Origin: a virus
Length of the DNA: 64,000 nucleotides
Virus record (IMG/VR): IMGVR_UViG_3300006749_000011
Coordinates: 21,818-85,817 of that record
Direction: 5' to 3' (one strand)
The notes under the pieces were generated by a model. It was not told where the DNA came from, ran no database searches, and saw only the letters and a program-made list of their open reading frames with translations. Made by a program: the position numbers and the translations under genes. This document shows, in pieces, positions 1 through 11,300 of the stretch (position 1 is its first letter; each line of letters opens with the position of its first letter).

Positions 1-1
1 C

Positions 2-3000
2 CCAGACGAAGCTCAAAATATGATAGACGAAAAACAACAAGAAGTTGATAACTATACAGAAGAACTAAGACAAGAAGAAGAAAAGCGTGATGCCCTAGGC
101 CCCGATCCGGTTCTTGTAAATACACAATCAGAAGACCCAATGCAGACTTCTTATGGAGGAAGTACGTCTATATACAAATCAGGCACTGATGATAAATTAA
201 GACAAGCCCAGGATGACTTGGCAACCTTGGAACAAGAAAAAACGCATACTGAACGGAATATCAAAGCAAAAGAACAAACAATAGCAGACAACGAAGATGT
301 CGAAGGTTATACTTTTGGATTTGTTTCAGGCCAAGCCGGTACATCAACACAACAGCAACTAAAACAAATGAACTTTGATGGAAAAATGAGCCAAGTTGTA
401 CAAAAAATAGCAGGAGCTTATATTGAAGCTTTCATGAAAGTTGTAGATCCTAGTGATCTTTTAGGATACTTAGACAAGCTACCAGTATCTACAGTTGTAA
501 GAAATCTTTTAGCCATAATATTTCAAAGAGCGTATTGCCCAACACCTACTCTCAAAGCCTTTAGTGATATTGGTCAACTAATACCAAAGTTTAAAATTGA
601 CATATGTGATCCAACATTTGCAATAAAAATACCAAAGCTTCCAAGATTACCAAGACTTATACCAAACTTTAGAGAAGAACTGTTTAAGAGAGTAAAACAA
701 AAAATAATGGAATTAATAATGAAGCTCTTACTTAGCATAGTTATTAAAATTATTAAACTAATTGATGATGCTATTTGTAAAGGTTTGAATGCTTTGCTAG
801 AAGGTCAAAATGATTTCCTAAATTTTCTAGGAAACTCTCTATGTGATGATGATGATCCTTCAAAAAACAATAGAAACCCCCAACGCGCATTGGACGATGC
901 TCTAAGAAAAGCTGGCTTAGATCCAAATGATAGAACTGTTAATTGCTTATCAAATTCAGTTGCTTCAGTAATGACAAAAAGAGAAATGATGTCTGCGTGT
1001 ATAGGCACTTTGAATACACCTGGAGCTTATGATAGAGTTGCTAGATCAATACAAGTGAGCTGTCCGGACTTAGGAGATATGTTTCCAAATGGCGTGGCTG
1101 TAAAGTCTATATTCGATATATGTTCTGATTATATACCTTTAGACATAAAGTCAGCCATCGCAGATCAGTTATTTGATGAATCCTTGCAAGACACATTGGA
1201 AAGTCCAACTTGTGACTTGTTATGTTTATCTAATCAAGACTATAACAATTGGAATAAATATAGAGAGGGGCTATTAACTGGACAGGGCATGCCGTCTGAT
1301 CAAGCTCAAGAAGAAGTAGATAAAATGAATCAAAACACATCTGATGCTTTAAGAGATGCTTTAGATGATATAGAAAATGTTCAAGATAAAATAAGAGACG
1401 CTATAGCTGATCTTTACGGAGCAGGATCTGGTGGTCCAAAGCCGCCGGGTTGTGATCAAAATGGCCTAGCAGGTGGTGATGGTGATGATTCTAACTTGCC
1501 GGCTACTGCTTTTAATTCTAATAAATTGTCTGAGGATAAAAGTGATGATGAGATGTTTGTGCAAACAATCGAATCTTCATTTTATAGACAACTAACAGGT
1601 AAAAGAAAATCAATTTTAGGCTTTATATTATCTGATACAAATGGAAATGTATACAGGTATCACCAATTCATGTCAAATGCTTTTATATTCAAAGATATAG
1701 TGTACGACACACAAGAAGATGCTGATGCTGATGAATTTAGATTAGCTTTTGGCGTTGATCCGCAAGCGTTTTTTCCTAAAACTATAGGAGCTCATTGCAG
1801 AAACAGTCTGCTAGAGACCTTTGAGGGTGAAGATTTAGCTTATAAAAATGAAAATAATATAAATATTTTTACACCTGTTGAGTCAACTAAAAAAAGTGTT
1901 GACATATTTTCACAAAAAGACGCTAGTAAAAAAGCAGATTTGAAATTTGCTTACACAGAGGATGAAGAATACTATATTGAAACTGCTTTTATTAATTCTT
2001 ATAACAACGCTGATGGTGCTTCATACAAAGAAGAAGAAGACTTCGGCTTCACAGTTAGGTCAAGAAATACAGATGGTAACGATATAATGATTAATGAAAA
2101 ATTTAGAAATAGCTATTCGGGGAGCTATTTTCTTAACCTAGAGTCTGTAAACGAACCATTTAACAGAGCTGCTTTTAAACATCTATTTAGAACAAAGATG
2201 CCATTTCCTAAGGGATATGATTTAATTTATAATGAACTTCAAACAATGTTCTTTAAATATGCAACAACTGCAATATTAAGTAGAGACATAGATTTATCAA
2301 CAAATGAATTGCTACCAGATATTGATAGAGAAAAAGTTAAAAAGAAAAATGTTAGCGAGACATTAGAAGAGTTTGACACATTTTCGGAGCAAAGCTCAGC
2401 TGGGTTTGTATTTGGCCATAAGAGAAATAATATAACTGACGAAGATCTGATTTATTATAACCCAGATGGCAAAACTGAATATGACCACGAAGAAGATGAA
2501 GAAATTTTAGGTATTAGTGCAAATCCTGATAAGGTGATATTTTTAGATCCTGAAATATATGGTGGAAAATACACTAAACCAAAAATATACATAAGTCCCG
2601 AGCCTCAATCTGGTTGGAAAAAAGTTTTTGATGCCATGTCAAAGAGCAACAGAGTTTGTGATGAATATGTAGATATTGTATTTCCATTTAAAAAATATAG
2701 AGAGAGGTTGGACAAATTAAAAAATGTAATACCTTTTGATAAAAGACTATATGAAGATAGAAGTTGTTTTCCTGATGTACCTTTTGACACTATATTACCA
2801 CCTGAAACACACGCTCAAATAGATTTTATATGCAGGTCCTCTCTGTTAACCTACTCAATGTCAGAAATAGTAAAAACTTTACCTATTTTAACAAACTTGC
2901 ACTACAATAAAGTAAACTATACAAATGTTTTAGAAAGTATAATTTTTAAAAACATGAAAAGAGAGATGTTCAAAGTAATCGGCGCAGCTGCAACAAGAGA

Positions 3001-4633
3001 CAACAAGTATATCAGAAGACATAGGCATTGGCTAATCTTCTTAGAACAATGTGCGCAAATTTTTGAAAGAGAAGTGCAAATGAAAACAATAGAACCTACT
3101 GAAGAAGAAAAGAAAGTATTGGAAAAAATATTAATGATTAAAAAATATTATCATGATCCAACATTCGATGACATCTCAAAACTAAGAAAACCTGAAAACT
3201 TACAAGTTTCTTTAGGAGAAGAATACAGAAATTTTACCCTAGATGAGGAAACTATCAAAGATGAATTTTTTAGATTGGCTATTGGGTATGATGAAAATCA
3301 AGAACTATGTTACAAAGCATCAGGTTCTCAAACTAAAGACATTCAAAAGCCAAAAAGAATTAGAATAAATAAATTCAAGTTACAAACTAGACTTTTTGCT
3401 ATTAGAACAATTGAAAACGACATTTCAATTCTGGTTAAATCTTTACTAAATCAAGAAATAAAAAGATTTTTTGATGTTTTTAACAAACAACTAGAGCCTT
3501 CAATCTTTGATTTGTCTAAGTATATGTTATCAGAGAACAAGATGTTTGTTGGTTCTCAACTTAATATTGGAAAATATCAAGAGATAAAAAACCTTTCTAA
3601 TAATTTTTCTCATAACTATGGTGACATATCAGAAGTTGAGCCAAACTTAGAAGGTAACTTTATAGATAACCTAGAGCTAAATGATTCTCGGCTTGATGAT
3701 ATTAGAAAGCACGGTGGCTTTGCTTTGCAAAAATACATAAGAATAAATGAAAAAGAAATACCAATTGAACAAAAACCAGTGTCATTTACCGAGAGAACTG
3801 TTGTGGATAAAAATGTTACCACCTTGCAAAATGTAAAGAATATATTATCCAAAGAAGATATAGATAAAGAAAAAAACTTATCTGATTATTTTGGTAATCT
3901 TAGAGTAGAAAATGACGAATTAACAGGCGAATCACCATTACACATGGGAGTTCGAATTTTATATATATGTTCCGAAGGTTTGTTGAAAAAATTTCAAAAT
4001 ATAGAAGAGTTTGATAACTTTTTAGAATTACAGCCAACAATTAACAGAGAAAAAGCAATATATATGGGAAAAAGCGATCATGGTGATAATTTTTCTTTTC
4101 AATTCCCAGTAATAAGTTATGAAATACCGTTAAAAGACCAAAAAATTTCTGAATTTTTAGAAAAGTCAAGTCACTACGACATTGAGTGTTTAATTAAAAA
4201 TTTAACAAAACAAGAAGAATATAAAATCTTGTTTCACCATATATTCTCAGTTAAAGGTGTTTCCTCAGCCGTATTGGCTCAAACCCACTCAACGTTTATA
4301 AATTCAATTGGATACAACGATGGTTGGGCTTTGGACGGAATAGGTATAGGAAGAGATCCTGAAAATAGAATTTCAGACTATGAAACTATACTGAAGGGTA
4401 CAAAAAAACTTTTAAGAAGCAATTTGTCAACACTTGTTAAACTGAGAGATGAAGACTTAGAAAAAGATAGTAGAAAAGATGCTTCTATGAGTCTGTTAGG
4501 TTTTTTAAAAGACCTGGTTCCAAAATACGATTTCAAAGCAGAACTAAAGTGGCCATATTTTAGAAGAATAGTAACTGAACTTGATGATTGCGACGAAAGA
4601 CTACTAGATCAGTTTTTTCCTGATGAAGAATAA
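2..4633 (+). CDS. Large hypothetical protein, probably virion/baseplate-associated (likely 5'-partial)
   Basis: Frame is open from the window edge (CCA GAC GAA GCT CAA AAT ATG); >1537 aa; lies directly upstream of the gp25-like gene; no recognisable catalytic motif. Confidence 0.55.
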   Translation, partial: PDEAQNMIDEKQQEVDNYTEELRQEEEKRDALGPDPVLVNTQSEDPMQTSYGGSTSIYKSGTDDKLRQAQDDLATLEQEKTHTERNIKAKEQTIADNEDVEGYTFGFVSGQAGTSTQQQLKQMNFDGKMSQVVQKIAGAYIEAFMKVVDPSDLLGYLDKLPVSTVVRNLLAIIFQRAYCPTPTLKAFSDIGQLIPKFKIDICDPTFAIKIPKLPRLPRLIPNFREELFKRVKQKIMELIMKLLLSIVIKIIKLIDDAICKGLNALLEGQNDFLNFLGNSLCDDDDPSKNNRNPQRALDDALRKAGLDPNDRTVNCLSNSVASVMTKREMMSACIGTLNTPGAYDRVARSIQVSCPDLGDMFPNGVAVKSIFDICSDYIPLDIKSAIADQLFDESLQDTLESPTCDLLCLSNQDYNNWNKYREGLLTGQGMPSDQAQEEVDKMNQNTSDALRDALDDIENVQDKIRDAIADLYGAGSGGPKPPGCDQNGLAGGDGDDSNLPATAFNSNKLSEDKSDDEMFVQTIESSFYRQLTGKRKSILGFILSDTNGNVYRYHQFMSNAFIFKDIVYDTQEDADADEFRLAFGVDPQAFFPKTIGAHCRNSLLETFEGEDLAYKNENNINIFTPVESTKKSVDIFSQKDASKKADLKFAYTEDEEYYIETAFINSYNNADGASYKEEEDFGFTVRSRNTDGNDIMINEKFRNSYSGSYFLNLESVNEPFNRAAFKHLFRTKMPFPKGYDLIYNELQTMFFKYATTAILSRDIDLSTNELLPDIDREKVKKKNVSETLEEFDTFSEQSSAGFVFGHKRNNITDEDLIYYNPDGKTEYDHEEDEEILGISANPDKVIFLDPEIYGGKYTKPKIYISPEPQSGWKKVFDAMSKSNRVCDEYVDIVFPFKKYRERLDKLKNVIPFDKRLYEDRSCFPDVPFDTILPPETHAQIDFICRSSLLTYSMSEIVKTLPILTNLHYNKVNYTNVLESIIFKNMKREMFKVIGAAATRDNKYIRRHRHWLIFLEQCAQIFEREVQMKTIEPTEEEKKVLEKILMIKKYYHDPTFDDISKLRKPENLQVSLGEEYRNFTLDEETIKDEFFRLAIGYDENQELCYKASGSQTKDIQKPKRIRINKFKLQTRLFAIRTIENDISILVKSLLNQEIKRFFDVFNKQLEPSIFDLSKYMLSENKMFVGSQLNIGKYQEIKNLSNNFSHNYGDISEVEPNLEGNFIDNLELNDSRLDDIRKHGGFALQKYIRINEKEIPIEQKPVSFTERTVVDKNVTTLQNVKNILSKEDIDKEKNLSDYFGNLRVENDELTGESPLHMGVRILYICSEGLLKKFQNIEEFDNFLELQPTINREKAIYMGKSDHGDNFSFQFPVISYEIPLKDQKISEFLEKSSHYDIECLIKNLTKQEEYKILFHHIFSVKGVSSAVLAQTHSTFINSIGYNDGWALDGIGIGRDPENRISDYETILKGTKKLLRSNLSTLVKLRDEDLEKDSRKDASMSLLGFLKDLVPKYDFKAELKWPYFRRIVTELDDCDERLLDQFFPDEE

Positions 4634-4664
4634 TATTTCGTAATATTTATATTGAGGTACAGAT

Positions 4665-5063
4665 ATGATTTTAACACCAGACTTTCCACTTTCTTTTTCA
4701 AATAAAGGTGGATATGAAAAAATTAGAACTAGAAAAAAATTAGCAAAATTTCATTTAACCAATTTACTTTTAACAAATCCGGGTGAAAAAATAAGCATAC
4801 CAGAATATGGTGTTGGTTTGAGAAAGTATTTATTCGAAAATATGTCTGATCAAGTTTTTCAAGAAATTTCTTCTAATATAAGAAGACAAGTCCAAAACTA
4901 TTTATCTTATATAAATTTGCAAAACGTATCTGTAGTACCAAACGAAGAGAACTCCATAAAGATTTCACTATCATACAATTTAGCTGGTACAAATTTAACA
5001 GACCAACTAAACATAGAAATTAACAATTCTTCCAGTTCTTTGGGACTTGGTTCTAGCTATTGA
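4665..5063 (+). CDS. Baseplate wedge protein, gp25/GPW-like
   Basis: NLLLTNPGEK...PEYGVGLRKYLFE...IRRQVQNYLSYI matches the gp25 family pattern; 132 aa; precedes gp6-like gene. Confidence 0.9.
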   Translation: MILTPDFPLSFSNKGGYEKIRTRKKLAKFHLTNLLLTNPGEKISIPEYGVGLRKYLFENMSDQVFQEISSNIRRQVQNYLSYINLQNVSVVPNEENSIKISLSYNLAGTNLTDQLNIEINNSSSSLGLGSSY

Positions 5064-5072
5064 GGATAACAT

Positions 5073-6863
5073 ATGAAAAATAAAAAACCACTTATAAGAT
5101 ACACAGACAGAGATTTTGATTCAATCAAGAAGTCTCTAATAGAGCATGCAAAAAGGTTTTACCCTGATCAATATAATGATTTCAACGATTCTTCTTTTGG
5201 TTCAATGGTTTTTGATGCTGTGGCCTATGTTGGAGACATTATGTCTTTCTATTTAGATTTTCAAGTTAATGAAAGCTTTTTAGAAACAGCATTACAATAC
5301 AATAACGTTAGAAAAATAGCAGAACAAATGGGCTATAAATACTATGGTCGACCATCCTCTTACGGTACTGCAACATTTTATATATCTGTTCCATCTAATA
5401 TACTTGGTTCGGGCCCTAATACGGAATACATACCTGTTCTTAAAAAGGGTAGTCAATTTTCTGCTGGTAGTGCAAATTTCATATTACTAGAAGATGTTGA
5501 TTTTAATAAAAATAACATAGAACAAGTAGCTTCTAAGTTTGATGACACAACAGGAAAACCATCCGAATATGCATTTAGATCTTATGGCAGAGTTAAATCA
5601 GGAGCTAGATTTACTAAACAAATTCCAATCGGTGAGCCTAGAAAGTTTTTAAAAGTTAGGGTTGGCCCATCTATAATTAACGAAATAGAAACAGTTTATG
5701 ATACAAATGGAAATAGATTTTATGAAGTCAACTACCTAACAGAAGATACAGTTTATTTAGAAACCACCAACCCTAGAGCTCAACAAGATGGCGTACCATC
5801 AATTATAAAACCAAAAGTTGTTGCTAGAAGGTTTACTATGGAACAAGATAGTTCCGGAACTTATCTTCAATTTGGATATGGGTCTGATGACGAAACTGTC
5901 ATAAAAGACGTAACAGATCCGTCCACAGTGGTATTAAAAAAAGCAGGTAAAGGGTACATAACAGATGATGAGTTTGACCCAAATGAGCTATTAAATACAG
6001 ATAAATTTGGCGTTACTCCATCTAATACCACATTAACAATAACATATGGCGCCAACACTCAATTAAATGTAAGTGTTGGTATCGGTGAAATTAACACAGT
6101 TACAGACAATATTATGGAGTTTCCAAACACAAATGACTCTAGTACTGTCTCATTTGGTTTAGTTAAGTCTTCATTAGAAGTCTCAAATGATGAAATCATA
6201 ACAGCCAACACAGCTGCGCCAACAACAGAAGAATTAAAATACAGAGCATATGCTTGTAGAGCAGCACAAAACAGAGTTGTTACTAGAAATGATTACGAAG
6301 CATATTGTTACAAAATGCCTCCAAGTCTAGGTTCCATTAAGAGGGTTTCTATACATAATGACCCATCTGGTACAAATAGAAGAATAGCAATGTATGTTAT
6401 TTCTGAAGATGATAGTGGATTCTTAACAGACACAAATATGAGTATTAAAAGTAATTTAAAAACATGGCTACAGAAAAGCAAAATGATTAATGATGGTATT
6501 GATATTATTGATGCACATGTTATAAATATTGGTTTTTCGTACGAAGCTGTTGTAGACCCAAATTTAAATTCACTGACTGTCTTGGCTGATGTTGATGTAA
6601 GATTAAGAAACTTGTTTACTGAAAAAATGTATATTGCTGAGCCTCTTTATATAAACCAAATTTACAACACAATTAACAAAACAAGAGGCGTAGTAGATAC
6701 TGTTAAGGTGACCTTGGAAGTTAAAAAAGGAGCAGGATATTCTTCTATGCCAATTGATATAAGTGATATAACCTCGCCTGATGGCTCTTATATTAAAACA
6801 CCAAAAAACTGTATTTTAGAATTAAAATATTTAGATAGAGACATCAAAGGAGCCTCAGTATAA
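5073..6863 (+). CDS. Baseplate wedge subunit, T4 gp6/baseplate J-like
   Basis: YTDRDFDSIKKSL...YNDFNDSSFG...AYVGDIMSFYLD...ESFLETA and AQNRVVTRNDY motifs. Confidence 0.92.
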   Translation: MKNKKPLIRYTDRDFDSIKKSLIEHAKRFYPDQYNDFNDSSFGSMVFDAVAYVGDIMSFYLDFQVNESFLETALQYNNVRKIAEQMGYKYYGRPSSYGTATFYISVPSNILGSGPNTEYIPVLKKGSQFSAGSANFILLEDVDFNKNNIEQVASKFDDTTGKPSEYAFRSYGRVKSGARFTKQIPIGEPRKFLKVRVGPSIINEIETVYDTNGNRFYEVNYLTEDTVYLETTNPRAQQDGVPSIIKPKVVARRFTMEQDSSGTYLQFGYGSDDETVIKDVTDPSTVVLKKAGKGYITDDEFDPNELLNTDKFGVTPSNTTLTITYGANTQLNVSVGIGEINTVTDNIMEFPNTNDSSTVSFGLVKSSLEVSNDEIITANTAAPTTEELKYRAYACRAAQNRVVTRNDYEAYCYKMPPSLGSIKRVSIHNDPSGTNRRIAMYVISEDDSGFLTDTNMSIKSNLKTWLQKSKMINDGIDIIDAHVINIGFSYEAVVDPNLNSLTVLADVDVRLRNLFTEKMYIAEPLYINQIYNTINKTRGVVDTVKVTLEVKKGAGYSSMPIDISDITSPDGSYIKTPKNCILELKYLDRDIKGASV

Positions 6864-8305
6864 TGGCAATACATAGAATAACAGCAAGTGCTGACAACAC
6901 AATCACAAACGCTTTTGGAGCCAACTTGACAACTAGAGGAACGGGCTCTAATATGGGTGCTTCTGATATTTTGGAAGTGTTTACCATATATGGACAGAAA
7001 ACAACCAACTCATCAGAGATTGCAAGAACACTAATACAGTTTCCTTTAGATACTATAACTACGAAAAGAAACAACAATACCTTACCAGAAAGTGGTAGTG
7101 TTAATTGGATTTTAAAACTATATAACGCTAAGCATGTCGAATCAGTTCCGACAAGTTTTGATTTTTTTGTTTTACCTATATCAAAGCAATGGGAAGAAGG
7201 TGTTGGCTTAGATATGGAAGACTATTCTGATTTAACTTTTGACAGCACAGGTTCTAATTGGCTACAAGCCATACACTCTGCTTCTCATGATGCTGATGGT
7301 AAATGGACAACAGCAGGTGGAGACTATCTATATAATCAAGGGGTAACTGCGTCTTTTAAGTCTGGCTTAGAAGATTTAGAAGTTGATGTAAGTAATATAG
7401 TTGAGGATTGGGTAAAAGGAGCATCTGGTGGCGAATATAACAACTATGGATTTGGAATTTTTCTATCTTCCTCGCAAGAATCAGCACAAAAATCATATTA
7501 TACAAAAAAATTCTTTGCAAGAGGTACTGAATTTTATTATAAAAGACCTGTACTAGAAGCAAGATGGAACAGCTCAGATAAAGATAATAGAGGCAACTTT
7601 TTCTTAAGCTCATCGTTAGCCACAGGTGAACAAAATTTAAACAAACTGTACCTTTATAATAAACCACGAGGGGTGTTAACTAACATACCTGGATTGCAAA
7701 ATTCACAAATAAGCGCCTCTTTGTGTTCAAGTATAGGTGGTTCTTTTCTTGGTACTTTTACTGGTGGACAAGAACTTCCATCAATTGGCATTTACACAGC
7801 ATCTGTTTTTATAGCAGGAACTTATGACACTTTATATGATGTTTGGCATAACGGAGCTGGTGTTCAATATCACACAGGAACTATATCTCCTAAATCTTTA
7901 TCAGCAAACGTTAATAGTGAAGATACAAAATATGTTTTATCATTAACTAATAATAATCATGAGTATCATGTAAACCAAACAGCAAGGTTTAAATTATACA
8001 GTAGGTTAAAAAACTGGTCTCCAAATCTTTTTACAGTTGCGCAATCAAAACCAGAAAATATAATAATTGAAGATGCTTTGTATAAGGTGCTCAGAATATC
8101 CGATGATTTAACAGTTATTGATTATGGTTCTGGTTCAACAAGTCACACCCAATTGTCATATAATGTATCAGGAAATTATTTTGATTTGGACATGTCTTTA
8201 TTTGAACCAAACTATCAATATGGTATCAAGTTTTCTTTTTACAACACATACTTATCTTCATATGTGGAACAGCCTTATATATTTAAATTTAGAGTGGTGG
8301 ATTAA
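6863..8305 (+). CDS. Virion structural protein (baseplate region; DNRLRE-like N-terminal domain)
   Basis: ADNTI...RTLIQF...LKLY...WEEGVG...DVSNIVEDW...NYGF...RPVLEARW pattern; translationally coupled to gp6 (TAATG). Confidence 0.6.
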   Translation: MAIHRITASADNTITNAFGANLTTRGTGSNMGASDILEVFTIYGQKTTNSSEIARTLIQFPLDTITTKRNNNTLPESGSVNWILKLYNAKHVESVPTSFDFFVLPISKQWEEGVGLDMEDYSDLTFDSTGSNWLQAIHSASHDADGKWTTAGGDYLYNQGVTASFKSGLEDLEVDVSNIVEDWVKGASGGEYNNYGFGIFLSSSQESAQKSYYTKKFFARGTEFYYKRPVLEARWNSSDKDNRGNFFLSSSLATGEQNLNKLYLYNKPRGVLTNIPGLQNSQISASLCSSIGGSFLGTFTGGQELPSIGIYTASVFIAGTYDTLYDVWHNGAGVQYHTGTISPKSLSANVNSEDTKYVLSLTNNNHEYHVNQTARFKLYSRLKNWSPNLFTVAQSKPENIIIEDALYKVLRISDDLTVIDYGSGSTSHTQLSYNVSGNYFDLDMSLFEPNYQYGIKFSFYNTYLSSYVEQPYIFKFRVVD

Positions 8306-11300
8306 TGTCAATTAAGAACTTATTTAATAATGATAAAAAAAGCAAAATCATTTCTGCCAATACAGTCCAATCAGCTTCGGTTGAAGTTGAGGGCGTAGAA
8401 TTTGTAAAAACCAAAACTAAAGAAAAAAACAAGTTTGTTCCTCCCTTAGACTTTTCGACTGCTTCAAATTTTGCTAAATTTGGTTCCGCAAAGCTTTACT
8501 ATGAGTATGGCTTTAAAAGAATATATCAACAATATCCTTATGATGGCACATTAGCAGAAAAACAAGCATTTGAATACAGTGGTAGTTATCTAGATACTTA
8601 CATATTTGATAATCTTTATCCTCGAACCAATGGATACGTCAATTTTAATATTCTAACAGATGGTAAGATAACTGGTGGCTCTGTTAGTAATGGTTATTAT
8701 CAAAGTGCTAACAATAAAGAGTATATTCAAATTCTTGGAGGTCCACATACTGCATCAGGTGGTATGACTGGTCTTAAATATCATGACACTTTTGATGAGT
8801 CTACTCTTTACGACCCAACAAACAAAAGAGAAAACAACTTAAAAGTGGATTTGTTGACTGGTAATACGATTGAGTTTTGGTTAAAGAAAACAGGATATGA
8901 TGTCTCTTTAGGACACAGAGAAGTTCTTTTTGACCTAACAGATCAAGAAAACAAAAGTTTACAATTATTTTTATCTGCTTCTGGGCATGACCACGCAGGT
9001 AGAAACGCTTTAAACATAAGATTCAAAGGAGTTGGGCCCCTAGCTATAGATGCTCCTTTAACTTTAGATTCTTATACAACAAACTCTGTAGGCGACGGGA
9101 ATTGGCATCACTATGCGGTCACTTTGAAAAGTAACTCTACTGACAAAGTAACAACCAAATTATTTATAGACTCTGTCTTGCATAAAGAACAAGAAATAGC
9201 GTTTCCTGCTTCTGTATGGACTGAAATTGATTCAAACACATATGGTTTGTTGGCAACAATAGGAGCAGGAAGTGGTCACTATATTCCAACAGGGAAAGGA
9301 GACGGACAGCTTTTTTCAGCCTCTGTAGATGAGTTTAGGTTTTGGAAATCAGAAAGAAATGGTAAACAAATAGGTCAAAACTGGTTTACTCCAATTGGTG
9401 GAGGTACGGATGACAGTTTAGACAACATTAACTTAGGTGTATACTTTAAATTTAACGAAGGTATAACCCTAACATCTTCCACAGATTCTACAATATTAGA
9501 CTACTCTGGTCGTTTATCTAATGGAACGTTTGTGGGATATCACGCAGATACAAGAGAAACAGGTTCTGCTATAGTAGAATCGGGAGTAGTCACATCAGAA
9601 TTTAAAGATCCTATTATATATTCTTATCACCCAGATGTTGTGTCAAAACAAGCTGAGCTAACCACAACAGGCTCTTTACAAGACTATGAGAATACTTCAT
9701 TGTTTTATCACTTGATGCCATCTTGGATTATCGAGGAAGACAAAGAAAATGGAAATTCTAATTTAGAATATTTATCACAGATAATAGCTAGTTATTTTGA
9801 TACTTTAAACGCTCAAATTTCCTATTCTAATAGGTTTAAAGACAAAAGGTACTATGGTCCTACCGTAAACAAAGATAGGCTCACTGATGAGACATCTGTG
9901 ACGTTTTCTGGTTCAATGAAACCAATGCCGTTTACAAATAAATTGTTAAGAGAACAAGGTTTTGTTTTACCTGAATTGTTTGTTGATGCTGACATTATTC
10001 AAGAGTTTAGAAAATATGACCAAAATCAAATTTACGAAAGAGATTTATCAGAGGTAAGAAATTTAATATATCAAAATCTCTACAACAACTTAACAAACAT
10101 ATATAAATCAAAAGGTACTGAAAAATCATTTAGAAACTATCTCAAATGTTTTGGTTTAAATAGTGACTTGATTAAATTGAACTTATATGCCGATGGAGCA
10201 ACGTACACTCTAAAAGACAATTATGAATTAAAAGCATTAGATACAAGAGTTTTAAACTTTGATCATGAAAACAATCATTCCGCAAACGTCTACATGAATA
10301 CAGGCTCTGGTGATTTTGCCTACATCAAAGGAAATGTAAACACAGATACTATGCACAGTGCTTTTAGTATCGAATCGGAAGTGATAATTCCTCAAAAACT
10401 TAAAGAAGACCATCCATCTTATACAAATAAATCATTTACCACATCCAGTATATTCGGTTTTCACCAAATAGATACAACTTCCGCCCCTTTTAATGATTAT
10501 TACGGTGGTGCTCAACTAGATGCTCCAAATAAAAATATAAAAATTCTTTTAGCATCTACAACTAATCGTGACGAAAGTAAGTTTGTAATATCTGGTTCTG
10601 ATAATTTATACTTAACCTCTTCAATAATAAAAAACGCCTATAGCAATTCAAAGTGGAACTTAGCTTTAAGAGTCAACAATTCTAAGTATCCTTATTCTCA
10701 ACTGAATGGTACAGGAACACCAACTGTAGATGTTAGTTTCTATGGAATAGAGTTGGTGAATGGAGAGATTAATAATTATGTAAATTTAACAGCTTCAAAT
10801 ATTACTGATGGTAGACAATACCTAACATCAAGCAAGAAGGTTTTTGTCGGAGCAGAAAAAGAAAACTTTTCTGGTAGTATTATAAACCATTCTGACATTA
10901 AGATTGGAGATGTTAAGTATTGGCAATCTTACATCACAAATGAAGACTTGAAGCAACATGCACTGGATTTAGACAATTCAGGGTTTTTAAACCCTTATAG
11001 ATCAGATAATATATTTACACTAGATAACCAGCATGTGCCAAAAATAGATACTTTGGCGTTCCACTGGAATTTTAATCAGAACACAACAACAGATACAAAT
11101 GCAGAAATGGAAGTGTTAGATATATCTTCTGGGTCTGCTAGCTTAATTAATAGATATAACTGGCTTAGTAACATAACAAAAAGAAAATATCACGGACTAG
11201 CTCATGGGTTTCCAGCTTCCTCTACCAATGTAATTGAAAAAACATACATCAGTACAGCTAAGAAAAAATCACCAAGCTCAGTCTACACTTCTGATATGGT